This document shows positions 1 to 12,107 of a stretch of 64,000 nucleotides of DNA, piece after piece; within the stretch, counting starts at the first letter, position 1; the number at the start of each line of letters is the position of its first letter. The DNA is from Fimicolochytrium jonesii (taxonomy: Eukaryota). Position numbers and translations under genes: made by a program. The stretch spans positions 310,001 through 374,000 of the forward strand of contig NW_026515670.1 of assembly GCF_025526975.1 (NCBI RefSeq), given 5' to 3'. Under the pieces are notes generated by a model. That model ran no database searches, had not been told where the DNA came from, and saw only the letters and a list, made by a program, of their open reading frames with translations.

Positions 1-462
1 CCGAAACCGTCCACGTAGCCGCACGTGGACTCCCCGATGGGCGTGTCGGTCTGTCGGGAAGAGACGTGAGCTGTCAGTCACCCCATGGGAACCACCCATG
101 ACATGCGGTTCCTTACGGTGTCATCACAGAGCGGGAGGATGCAAGGCCGGCATATAACGTGCTGGCACGCCAAGAGGAACATCTTGCGGGGACGGTACGT
201 GTTGCAGTTCCAACACGTAGGTCGGGCCGGTGGAGCCGGAGGCTCCGGGGTACTGTCCGTGTGCACCTCGGGGGTGTCCTGAGATAGAATCGGTCAAACC
301 ACGTAAGTTGGGTCAATTGGGCAACCTCCGTGGACTCACCGCTCGCTGTCGCTTGAGACCCTTCTTCAGGCTGTCCCCTGTGGTGGGACCCTCGCCTACT
401 TTCTTCTTACCCGATGACGGGCCGGCGGCAGTGGGCTTGGCAGAAGGAGCTACGCTGGCCAC
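1..462 (-). CDS. RING (C3HC4-type) zinc-finger protein, 5' part; runs off the window edge; apparent GTG start
   Basis: Exons 462-340, 278-117 and 50-<1 join in phase 0 through GTGAGT..CAG and GTAAGG..CAG introns. Translation contains CWNC...LACQHVICRPC. TATAAAAGG on - strand near 562-570. Confidence 0.6.
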
Positions 463-1771
463 AGTGAAGAGGGGAACGGCGACGGTGAGAGGTTACGAGA
501 TTGGGGGCAAGAAATGTAAGTCTGGGGACTGGCGGGAAGGTGCCGAGGGGAGTACTGCCTTCCTTTTATATGCCGCAGGGACAAGGACCATAGCGCCCCA
601 CGACCAGCTGCGGCCAAATCATCTCTACCTCATATCGGCGTGGATCTGATTGCCATCGTGGTGACGACCGGTGACGCCAGCCGCTCCAGTAGAGCCATGC
701 GCACTCCTCATGGCCGACACCCGTGTCAGCTCCACATCAAGTAACAGCGGGGAGCGACTGACAGGTGCGGTCGGTGTCGGAGTGACACTTGGCTCTAAGG
801 GGGGTGTAATGAGGTGCTGCAGGTGTCACCTTAGTGCGGGGAAGCGCGTAGGGCATGAGATCACGTGTAGCGTAGATTATATTGGGGTTCTACGCTCTGG
901 GGTGACTCCCAAAGGGAAGAAAAGCCTTCGGGCGGCGCCCCGGGAGGTAGAAACTCTAGAATTCTTTCAATACATCGAGCAGAGACAGAGCTAGCCTCTG
1001 GCAACGGACCTAGCATTATTACAAGGTCGGTTGAGAACCAAAGGAGGAACCCGAGGTTTAGTCATAGGTCAAAAGTTACCCATGACGTGTTTTCAGGAGA
1101 AAAACGTTAAGAATGTCAGGTGCAGATCCAAAGAAAAACATTCAATCGCGCGTGATGACAAAATCAAAGCGACTGGCATTTTCTATAATTGGGGGTGTAG
1201 CCACCAGCAGAAGTCGCCGGCCTGCCTGCCCATCTGAAGAAGTACGGAAATTGACAGCAGCTGGTCGTTGACTTCTGGGTTGCACACGGAGGCTTGGCGA
1301 ACCCGTCGTACCCGGACTATTGGCCACCTACTGTATACAAGTCTCGCCGATGCCCTTCTTGGCCGCCGTCGCTCGCATCCCCGGCCCTTTGCCTTCCTTG
1401 CCCGAAAGCGTGCACCCTCCGATGCACGTCAAGTCTAGTCAAGAACGCGTGCGCTCATAAACGCGTTTTGCGCAGTGGGATCTCCGATCGCGCCGACTGA
1501 CAGAAGGAAGGGGTCCTAGGACTTTCGCCAACTTGTCCCAGGAACGCTGTTCGTCGCATTTTCAACCTTCGTCTGCAAGAATGCTGCGGAATATCCACCT
1601 TCTGAGTGAGATACCCAGATATCAGCCGCACTTCACTCCCCCAGGGTCTCAAAATTATCGTCGTGCCATCTCATCATATAAGAACACCGCGGTTTTAGAC
1701 CCTCACAAACACATTCATCACCACTGCGACACCCAGAGCTGAAGCAATACATAGAACTCGAAAGTAAAAGG

Positions 1772-2310
1772 ATGTCATTCATCCCCGACCCCGAAACAAT
1801 CCCTTCAGTTTCCTACCTCCCCTTCCGCTCCGATATGGCGCGGTACATGGTCGCCGAGATTCGTAACATCGGTACGGATAAACTGTTGGTTTCCATTCCC
1901 CGACATACTATGCGTCTGACGCAAATCATGTTTCTCCCCATGATTCACTAGCGGCAGGCCTAGCAACAACCGGCCTAGCCTCCCACGCCGACAAGATAGA
2001 ATCCGGCCTCAACCGCATGGGCACCGGCGTCGTTTCGTGCGGCTACTCCATCCGTGACGGGCTGGCGGCGGTCGGGATCGGGTTGGGGGTTGGGTTGAGT
2101 GTTATCGGGGCGGGGACAATTATCAGGGCGTTGAGGGTGGAGAGAGGGGAGAGGAGAGAGAGCAGGAGGAGGAGGAGGAAAGGTAGGGATAGAAGGTATG
2201 TGGGGGAGGGGAAGCGACACCGGTATTGGAGAGATTCAGAGAGTAGTGGGAGTGTGACGGCGAATGAGGAGGATGATCATGGGTATGCATCGGCTAGGAG
2301 GAGGTCGTAG
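1772..2310 (+). CDS. small hypothetical membrane protein with Arg-rich tail (1 intron)
   Basis: ATG at 1772, GTACGG..TAG intron ~1871-1950, hydrophobic segment GLAAVGIGLGVGLSVIGAGTII, then a basic tail. Confidence 0.5.
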
Positions 2311-2617
2311 GGATTGCGATTGGGATGGGAAAAGGGGAGAGTGATAGTTTTGTTCATTTGTAGCTGGCTACATGCAGTTTTTGGGGTTCATCTTGTATCT
2401 TAGTTTCGTTTTTGGGAGGCCCATATATATACCACGCACTTCTTTACCGTCGTCGTCTACTACATACCCTTATCTACTCTGATTCCATCCTACATGAGAA
2501 GTCTTCGTCCCTGCGACCGTTAGCCCATCGACATCCGGATTCCAGTTCATCCTCTCGCCAGCCCCTCATTTCATCCGGCATCCGCCACCTATCCTCGCCA
2601 CTCTGCCCAACCCATTA

Positions 2618-3199
2618 TCACATCACCCTACTTCCTTTCCCACCCCTCTCCCCCTCCAACCTCCTCGCCTCCTTCAACCCCTCCATAACAGTATTATGAC
2701 AATTATACAGCTCCCGCAACACACCCACACATTCAGTCGGCGTCCCCACGTTCGCTTTCAGACAGGCCTGGTAGACTGTGATCTCGGGCGCGCAGGCTTT
2801 TTTCACTAGGCGCAGGCTTTCTACACTAAAAATCGGGGTAATCATAGATGTGAGATATGTGAGAATTGAGAGAAGGTTAGGGAAGGCGTGTGAGAGAAGA
2901 GGACGCACTTGGCCTCAGCACATCTTGTGACAGCCTCCTTCTCGCCTTTGCAGTCCGTCTGCCAGGTGTCTGGGTGCTTCTGGACGCACTGGGTGTAGAA
3001 ATGGAGCTCGGTATGGCAGTGTTTTGCTACTTCTTCTAGGTCTGTTGGTGGAGGGTGTGCATAATGGTTAGTGTTAGGTGTTCGTCCGTAGGAGTGTAAG
3101 GACGGGAGAATGAGGTCGCTGGTTTCGGGGGAAAGGGCGGCCCCGCTGCTTTGAGGCGTGGGGGTCATGACCTGTATAGACGGACGTACCTGACTCCAT
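2618..3199 (-). CDS. MIX14: mitochondrial intermembrane-space protein with two twin-CX9C motifs (Mix14/CHCHD5-like), 2 introns
   Basis: Spliced product MESDLEEVAKHC-x9-C...C-x9-C-AEANVESL...C-x9-C...C-x9-C. Confidence 0.8.
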
Positions 3200-3508
3200 T
3201 TCGTTGTCGGCGGTGGTAGTGCGAGCAAAAGGGTATTGGGGTCAACGGGACGGACGGAAACAGCGAGAAAAAAGCCCTGGTCCTTTCCGCACGCGTTGGT
3301 CGACGACATTTGGCTATCCCAAATTCCCAATGAGCATTGCATTCGGCCAACGGCAGGAAGGGGAGGAAGGACGCACACCCGCAACCCGCCGCACAGGACC
3401 CCTTTCAAGGAAGTAACGCTACGGGCAATGGGTCTCCACAGTCAAGCTCACACCGCCAGCCCGGGAACGCAGTCAGCCCCCTCCCAGCACCCCAGTCCCC
3501 TCGACAAG

Positions 3509-5327
3509 ATGACAACCCCAACCCCAACCCCGGCAAACCCATGGACATCCCTCGAGTCCCTCATCCTCGTGCAAGCAGTCTACCGTCACGGCGAAGACAG
3601 CTGGACGCAGGTCTCCAAACTGCTGCGGAACCACCCCGCATTGTCTCGTGCGCCTGAGTTTTTCGTTCCCAAGGTTCGGTTCTGCCATAACAGGAGAGTA
3701 TGACCGGCCATATGGGTTGACATGTTTTGGTTGAATAGAGCTGTGAACGACAATATCATGCACTTTTGGCTGAAGCGACCGAGTAAGTCTTCCCTTCGCG
3801 GGGTGGGCCCAGTCCTTTGAAGGCGGGCGATCTAGCACTGCGGGACATGCGGCTGACTATGAGGCTTAGAGCAGATAAACGTTCAGCACGGGATGTGGAG
3901 GACCCTAATGCAGGTATGAGGATAGAGGGAGGAATATGGGGAATGGGGCGGTGGGCTAATTTTTGGGGGCGAATGTTTCACAGTGGACCAGCTCCCAATC
4001 GCGAAAGCGGCGCGCAGACTGCATATCCAGCGGATAGATGAGATCAAGTTGAAGTTGCGGGAGGAGGAGATATTGTTCCGGTATGAAAGAGGGCGATTTC
4101 CTTCAAGATTTGGCGAGGCACGCCCGCTTATCACACGAACTGTAGAGAAATAGTGCAAGAAATCGACGAGATCAAATCCGGCAAATGGGATGCAAAACTC
4201 CGGGAAGCGTGGGAGGCTGAACAACAAAAGACCAACGAGGGTGGTGATAGTGAATCTACCGCCATGGAGGTGGACGATGCAGCAGCAGCCGAGCAGGGTG
4301 GTGGGGATGTCCCCATGGACGTAGATACAATGCCAGCAGTGGTTACAGATGCCGGGCTACCACCCCGCCTGCGCTCTGCATCACCTGTGAAAAAGACCCT
4401 CAATACACGGAACAGCAACTCGCCAATACCGCCACCCGAAAAACGCACCACGTTAGAAAAACTCAAAGTCCCCGTGCATACTGCCACCGCCGTGCACCAA
4501 CAACACCTGTCGACTGCGTCACCGACTTCGGAAGCGCCGAGCACGATGTCGCCTGGGGGGAGTCCCGTGAAGGCGCGGGGGCCTGGACGACGGGGTATGT
4601 GGATTAGAATTCGTGAATTTGGATGTGGAGAGGAACTGACTATTGGGGGACGTGTAGGGAGCCTAGCAAGCGCGAAAATGAAATCCAACTCGGATCCGGA
4701 TCTAGTGGATGTCGATTCGGGGGCAGAAAATTCCGGTACGTCCCCATACACAACCTGTTGAATCACACTCCCTCTTCCCCACCAACCTAATCTCCCTCCC
4801 CGACAGACGGCGCCGACCCAACCCGCCGCCGCAGCACAACAACCCTCACGTCCAAAAACGACCCAACCCTCGCCATCTGGAAAAAAACCGTCTACTTCAT
4901 CCTCGCCAAAATCGCAGACCACCGCTACGGCAACGTGTTTGCCTCGCCCGTCCGCGAGGAGGGGTACCAGGCGGTTGTGAGGCAGCCGATGAGTTTAGAT
5001 CTTGTCAGGGCGAGGGTTCGCAAGGGGGTGAGTATAATGAATATCGTCGCAATTCCATGTCTCTGTCTGTCTGTGTGCTGATATGGAGGTATGATGGTTT
5101 TGGTTTAGATTACGACAACAACAGCAGAATTCCACCGCGACCTCCTGCAAGTCTTCACTAACGCCATCATGTACAACAACGAGGACACGGAGGTGTACTC
5201 CATGGCATTGGAGATGAAGGAGTTTGTCGATGCTGAGGTGCAGCATTTGACCAAGTATGCGAATGATCCGGGGAGTCGAGGGAGGGAGGCCAGTGTTGAG
5301 GGTGGGGAGGGGTTGGAAGGGGTATAG
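3509..5327 (+). CDS. BRD8: BRD8/Bdc1-like protein: N-terminal SANT/Myb-like domain plus C-terminal bromodomain
   Basis: WTSLESLILVQAVYRHGEDSWTQVS; EIDEIKSGKWD; bromodomain HRYGNVFASPV..YQAVVRQPMSL..EFHRDLLQVFTNAIMYN; several introns. Confidence 0.8.
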
Positions 5328-5783
5328 GGTGCGCTGTGGTGGTTGGGTGGGTAAATTCGTGGAGTGGGGAGCGGGACGTCGGATCTAGGATGGCGAACGT
5401 CTACCCCTTGCTCTTTGTATATGTAGTATGTATTTTTGGAGAGCCGGAGCAGACCTTTGTGGATATCGCATTACCGTTGGGGGATGCCATTGTGGAATGT
5501 ATGCTGGAAATCGTCCTTGCAATTGTTTAGAAAGGCCGGACGTTGGTTAAGTGTCGCATGATATGGACTAGGTTTGACGGGGCGGAAGAGGAAGACGCGG
5601 CCGTCAAAATGCGCCACACCCACTCCGACGGGGACACATTGCTCCCTATCGACGCACATTTCGAGACTTTTCCCCTCCCAAATTAGTATACAGGTATCTA
5701 ACCCATACACCACTGAGAAGACAGCGTTGTGATCCAGAGCGCATACTACGCTCGTCCTCGAGAACCACGATACTGTCCCTCCG

Positions 5784-7546
5784 ATGGAATTCAAATTCGA
5801 CATCCTCCACGTCCTACGCAAACCCGTGTCGGTGGTTACGGGCGACAGCCTGCCGCGGAATCCTGTGCTGTACGTGCTATGAGGCTTGGGGTTCGAGAAT
5901 CGAGTGGTCGTGCTGATTGATCGCGGACGTGTATGAGAGCAGGTTGGAACGAACGGTGGAAATTATCGACGAGCTAGGCGTCGCCAGCGCCAAGGTAAAC
6001 CAAACACACATCACCCATCCTCGTCCGCCTCACACACCCCTAACACTCCCCCCATGTCATCTCACACCGCAGGCACAAGGCCTCCGCCGCCCTGTAACAA
6101 CCACCGACCGGCTGCAAGCCAACCCCACGCACAGGATCTACATCGCACGAACCCCGGATCCGCCACAACAGTCGGATGGGGATGAGAATGTGAACGCGGG
6201 AGGTGGACGGAGACAGAGGGTGGTTCGTCCGGCGGTGTATGGGATGCTGAAAGTGGGGATTAAGGGGTTGTTTGTTGGGGTGGGTTTGTATTTTTCGTGC
6301 ATTGCCGAGGGGAGGAGGGGGGGGGGAGAGGAATTGAGTCTCTGTTTGGTAGGATGAATACGGCCGCCAACTGCAAATCAACCCACTCTGCGTGCTGGAT
6401 TTTTATGTGCATGAGTCGGCGCAGCGGAAAGGTACTCTCGCTTCTACTCTTGTGTTTCTCAAGATGACCAATGACCACTAATGGCATACGCATGCAGGAC
6501 ATGGGAAGGCGTTGTTTGATTATATGCTTGGGGTACGGTTTTCAGGCATTTTGTGGAGGGAAGAGACTTGGGGTGTGAGCTGGAGAGACTGATGTTTTAC
6601 AAATGTAGATTGAGATGCAACGACCGGGCCATTTGGCGTATGACCGGCCGTCGCCGAAACTGATTGGGTTCTTGAAGAGGCATTATGGGTTGACGGAGTG
6701 TGAGTATGCGTTGTTTGGACGGTCGGAACAACGGTCGGTCATGGACTGAGAACTCATAGCACTAAGTTGGCATTCCCCTGTGTTTTTATCCCAGTCGTCC
6801 CACAAGCGAACCATTTCGTCGTCTTCAAAGAGTATGGGCTAGGAAGCCTGCACGTCGGTAAGTCCTCCTCCTCCCTCCTCGCCGCTTCCCTCCCCTCCCA
6901 CCCCACAAAAAACTCACCGGCACACCCTTGCTTCCCAATAGACCGCGCCGGCCGCCCCATCCCACCAATGCCGCCCCTCGCCTCCGCAATCACAAAAGGC
7001 ACAACCTGGCAAGTGAAGCATTTTCGCCGGCGTGCCCCGTCTCGGGGCTCCACGTCTTCTGCTTCTTCCCCTGCCCCATCAACATCAATACGCCGCGGGG
7101 GGCGACAACGACAATCATCGAATTCTGGGGTGGGTGGAGAAGGTGGGAGGACGCGGTTGGCGCCGATGGGGGATGAGGGGGAGTCGAGGGGGAGTTCGAG
7201 GGAAGGGGAGCGGCCGGGGTCTACGACATCACATACACAGGGACAGACACTAGATGCGGAGAGAGACAAGGAAAGAGAAAAACTACCTCCCCTCCCCTCG
7301 ACGTCCTCCCTCACCGCCGTCTCTGACTCCCCACAACCCCAACCCCAACCCCAACCCCAACCCTTCAGCTCCGCGTACGCGATCGCCATGGCTACAGCCG
7401 CACATCGACGGGCCGTCAACCCATTAAAGACGAAATATGCGGCGTTTGCGGTTGAGGAGAGGGCGGCGGGGGGGAGAGGGAGTGTGGGGCCTGCCGCGGG
7501 GATGGAGAGGGTTCTGAGGGGGAGTGTGAGGGCGGGGTATCGATAG
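5784..7546 (+). CDS. ATAT1: alpha-tubulin N-acetyltransferase (MEC-17/ATAT1) with long disordered tail
   Basis: MEFKFD, IIDELGVASAKAQGL, GMLKVG, PLCVLDFYVHESAQRKG, AYDRPSPKLIGFLKRHY and PQANHFVVF spread across exons. Confidence 0.93.
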
Positions 7547-8373
7547 GGGAGGACGGAATGTGCGTTGTGAGTGGGATGAAGGCTTGTGGACCGGGCGGGA
7601 TCCCGGTCCCGAGTCACATCAAACGAATTGTATATAGCAGCGCATGAGCCCCGGAAAAAGCCATGTGTTAGGACATCTGGGAAGTAGCACTCGAACCACC
7701 AATGATTACCATTTCAGCATCGCAAAGTCTGTACGAATTGCATAAATAGTAGATCGCATCCCCGCTGGATTCAACAATCGCAGAACAATCTTCTGTAGCT
7801 CCGGGATCTTGTCCACAAACACATCGTGGACAGACTGGAACAGCACAGGACGGCGAATTGTCGATAGAGGGCGTAATGTCGGGAAATGATGGCTTGCGGG
7901 CATATGCGGCGATTGCGGCAAATTGTCGAGACGTCCAAGGATGGCGATGTGCTATGCAGCAAGTGGTCGTATGCGGCGAGGTGGCAAAGACCCAACACCA
8001 GGAAGGGGTGCTACTTACTTATCCCCGGGAGGGGAATCAGGTCTGAGGTAGTTCTCATAGCCGCGATGCGGCGAGCTGTCGGAAGGGCCATACAGCGAGT
8101 TAAGCGAGGTTCTCGTCGGACGCACACTACTTGCATTCGAACAAAAAGGATGTTTGGCGACCACGCACACGGAAGTTTCGGAGGGGAAACTGAAATCCCG
8201 CATCTTTCACCCTCTCCACCTGCTCGTTTCCGTCGTCCTTTGGCTTCAAACAAATTCAGCACATCCAGACTATCGTGAATATATGTGTATTATGGAGCGG
8301 ACGAAATATCCAAACTGAAGTACAATAGATTGGATTCAATCCGATTATCGACCGTCTTCGCACGCCATCGCAC

Positions 8374-9486
8374 TTAAGCAGGTTCAAGATTGCTATCATC
8401 ATAAATAAGCCATCCCAACACATTACGGGCCGGGTCCCTCCTCCTACACAATGTGAATCTACTGAACTGCCCCCGCCAACCCCCAAACTTCTCCGCCGCA
8501 TCAACATCGTCCGCCCGTGCCATTATGTGAATGACTTCCACGACATCCGCCTTTTCCATTGCTGCATACAGATGTGCGGCTTTCAGCGCCCAGAATCTCC
8601 GTCTATGTTGAAAATCAATTCCGTGGATTCCGTAAAGGTGTTCGACAATATACCCGATGATCTGATATATATTTGCTACGGGAAAGCGACGGAGTTCATA
8701 GTACTTTTGAAGGTGTTTTGAAACCCGGAGCAGAGGAAGGAGCTTCTTGAGAAGGTCCGCATCCTTTGCGATCGAATTTGTGTTCTCTTCCTCCCAGGCC
8801 GGCGAGATGATAAAAGGGCATATCATATTGTATGCGTAAGGGAACCCGGGATCGTTGTTGATTTTGCAAAATTCGATGTCTTCAGCAAGCTGTCTCCACT
8901 CAGAATCGTCTTTTGGTACAATTGAGCCAGCCGTGATAGGGACGTTCGCCTCTTGAACAAGATTCGCCTGGGACGCGGAGACGAACCCAAATTCCGATCT
9001 CAGATAGGCTATACCTAGCTTGCTCCACATCGCGTAGGCGGTGTTATCCAACGCTTTGTATCCAATATCTTCGGAATACCGGTGTTTATCATTGTGAAAT
9101 ATTAGTCCATGGGGAAGCTCCTTCGTTTCCAGAAAGTTGTACATGACGAGAAAGCGGTACTTCGGGGAGGAAAGCGCCGAGTTCCATGCCTTGCAGGTCA
9201 AGAGACAGCTGAGGAAATCGTGCGGAGAATCTAGCGCAACGATAGACAAGATGCGAGGCACTAGCTCCGGCGGTAGAGAATGCTGCGTCGTTGTAGATCC
9301 AAAGAGATTGGTTTGAGATGACCACGATGGGTTGACGCGAGCGGATGCAGAACGTGCTGGCAAAGTCGGGCAGTCGAAGATGTTGAAAGGGGGCAGAGGG
9401 GGAAGTCGCAACGGTTCGTGATCGGCCCGTGGAGTTGCAACATCCCGGAACGCCCGCAGCAGATCCGGGTAAGTGTGGTCTCCCAT
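8374..9486 (-). CDS. F-box domain protein (start and 3' end uncertain)
   Basis: SLPPELVPRILSIV...LLTCKAWNS F-box signature within a long ORF. Confidence 0.65.
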   Translation of the reverse strand: MGDHTYPDLLRAFRDVATPRADHEPLRLPPLPPFNIFDCPTLPARSASARVNPSWSSQTNLFGSTTTQHSLPPELVPRILSIVALDSPHDFLSCLLTCKAWNSALSSPKYRFLVMYNFLETKELPHGLIFHNDKHRYSEDIGYKALDNTAYAMWSKLGIAYLRSEFGFVSASQANLVQEANVPITAGSIVPKDDSEWRQLAEDIEFCKINNDPGFPYAYNMICPFIISPAWEEENTNSIAKDADLLKKLLPLLRVSKHLQKYYELRRFPVANIYQIIGYIVEHLYGIHGIDFQHRRRFWALKAAHLYAAMEKADVVEVIHIMARADDVDAAEKFGGWRGQFSRFTLCRRRDPARNVLGWLIYDDSNLEPA

Positions 9487-9679
9487 GTCTCCTGGGAACT
9501 CCTGGGAAAGCTGAGCGTAGCTGAGTGGAAACCTGAGTGGAAATGTGAAATTGAGGAGGGGCCTCGCGTGGGAACTTCGGACCCTTGTGCAGCTTGTCGT
9601 TGCGCAAGTCACTCGTGCCTCGGAAGTTGCACGCAGCACAGGAAGCACAGGCATGCAAGACGCTGGCAAAGGCAAAACA

Positions 9680-11084
9680 ATGAGCGGGTGAGTGACTTGG
9701 AGCTTATGTTGCCACAGTCAAAAAAAAACCATGTTCTCACGCTAACACAAGTTCTCCAGATCGATGGTGACCTCGCCAGACAATAGGCCCAATGCCGTGG
9801 AAGCTGCAATTCTCAAACAGGTTGAATACTATTTCGGAGGTAAGTGCTTCTGACCAAGAGCAGAAGTCGAAGCTTAGTCTATCGCACGGCCTAACTCACC
9901 TTCCACAGACGAAAACCTTCCAAAAGACAAATACCTCAACGAAGTCCTCCGGCTGCACCAAGGCTGGGTTCCCATTTCCGTCCTGCGGAGTTTCAAAAAA
10001 TTGAAAGCAATTCAGTCCGACAGCGTGCGGATAGCAATTGCCTTGAAGAAGAGTGATGGGATGCTTGAGGTCGATGGGACGGGGAAAAAGGTTAGGAGGA
10101 GGACGCCGATATCTGCGAATGCAAAGGGGGTTGACAAGGAGGCAAAGAGTAAGGGGGGGAAGAGGATGACAGAGGATGAGCAAGGAGAACAGAATAGCGA
10201 TGAGGTATGTGAAGGCAGCTTTCTTGGGATATGGGGGCTTCCTATGTTTGTTAGCTAAATGTTCTTCTTTCCTACTCGCCTAGACCGCGTCAAAGAAACC
10301 TCGCCAAACACAGCCCACCGCATCCACCACTCACCCAACCCCAACCTGCACCCGCTCCCACCACCACCACAGCAACCCAACAGCCACAGCCCTCGACACC
10401 TTCCACACCCGCCACTTCAGTCAATCCGCCAAACAAACCTTCTTCCATAACCCCATATTCGGGCCTCTCACATCTTCTACGGCCGCGCCAATGACGCATG
10501 ATGCTGACAATTACTGGTCGAAGTTGTGCACACCGTGCGCAGAGTACTGGTCGAGTTACTATAGCCAGCAGCACGACACGCTCGACGTCACAGGTGTCAC
10601 AAATGAAACTGCCCTGACTGAGGAAGATGAAACATGGGAAGCGGAAGAAGATGTTACATATGACGAAGAGGTCGCATACGACGATGAAACCGAACCATCC
10701 TACATCCTAACCCCCGGCATGATCGAAATGTTCCAGCACTCGGCCAACTGGAAGATCGAGAAACGGCGGATAATGGAGGAGATGGAGGCTAAGGAGGCTG
10801 CTGGTAACACATCCTTCATCAATCAATCCCCTGTCCTTCTCACCCGCCCCATTACTCACACTTTTCATTCCCCAGAAACAGCAGCATCAACAGCCCAATC
10901 AAACCACAACACATCAACACCCGCCCTTCGCTTCGCCGCTAAACAACAACTGTATGGGGCGGATGGTGCGTACAAGGTTATTCTGATGGAAGACGCTTTG
11001 GCGGAGTTGGTCAAGACGGGGACGGAGAAGGGCAAGGGGAAGGGGCGGAAGAGGGTGTTGTGGCCTATTGTTCCTATCAAGTAG
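9680..11084 (+). CDS. La-motif (LAM) protein fused to a Gemin8-like C-terminal region
   Basis: ILKQVEYYFGDENLPKDKYL..GWVPISVLRSFKKLK..LEVDGTGKKVRR (LAM). Phase-0 intron 10205-10283 splices in frame to ...LYGADGAYKVILMEDAL...WPIVPIK*. Confidence 0.7.
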
Positions 11085-12107
11085 GGCTAGACGCAGGGAT
11101 TGGGGTACGGGAGGTGGGAGTAGCGAGGGAGGGTGATTGCCGTCGTTCTGGGGAAACGGAGGAACGAAGGTGCATGGAGGTAAAACACAAGTTTATGAGA
11201 AATGGAGTTTGGTTGGGGCGGGTTATTTACTGACGGAGCGCAACTTTAACCGCAATAGGACACCCGTGCGCCATCTTTGACCGGGCATTGAGCGGGAGTA
11301 AAGATTCTACCCTGGTGGGTGCATGTATATAGGTCGGTGGCTGATGGGCCCGCCGCAGATCTGGATAGAAATAGCTCGTAGGTGCCCGACATCCGGAAAC
11401 GCTTGCGGAATGGGCCGGTGTGAAATCGGTCTCCTGCCGCATCAGACCGATCTTTTTTAAATCAAATCATAAACATGCCTTCCAGCCCTCATCCCGGTGT
11501 GTATCTATCCGTTTATGCTCTTATAGCCCGAATAGTAAGCTGCGGTAGTAGAAATCCGCAGACCTGAGCAAGAACGGGATTTTGCAGAAGAGCGGTGGGT
11601 TTGAAGGGCCACGGCGGCGGCTAGCAGGAGAACTGGAGGGGAGGAGACGACGCTTGGAAGGGAAACAGGCCACCGAGCACTCCAACTAGAGGAAGTACGA
11701 ACACCAGCCAAATCACTTGTCCAACTGGAGGAAGAGCAACACCAGCCAAAAGACCCCGAGGAGAAGAAAAGGAGAGAGTTGGCCTGAAAAGGCTAGCTGG
11801 CATCAACGCTTCTATGCGAGATCTCGGCCCACTCCGCGGGAAACATTCCATAGATTTGCTGGAAGACTGCAAGCTCGAAGACTAGCGAAGAACTCTGATC
11901 AGAAGAACGAACGAGCCAACAACTCCATCCGCCAATTCTCTGCATGCGTACATGTATACCATGATTCGAAAATGAGGCCTCTAAACCCATCAAAGGCTAA
12001 TGTAAACTAAACAAACGACAAAAGGAGGGTGGGTCTACAACACTATTATTAAGAAAAGCGCCCGTCATGATGTTCCACCCAGTCCATCTCATATGTGAAG
12101 CATCCCA

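Noticed and set aside
660..910. Repeated GTGTCR/YGACAC motifs and an 8-bp hairpin (AGCGTAGA/TCTACGCT) as a transposon end
   Set aside because: Short and irregular, with no terminus or TSD identifiable in the window.
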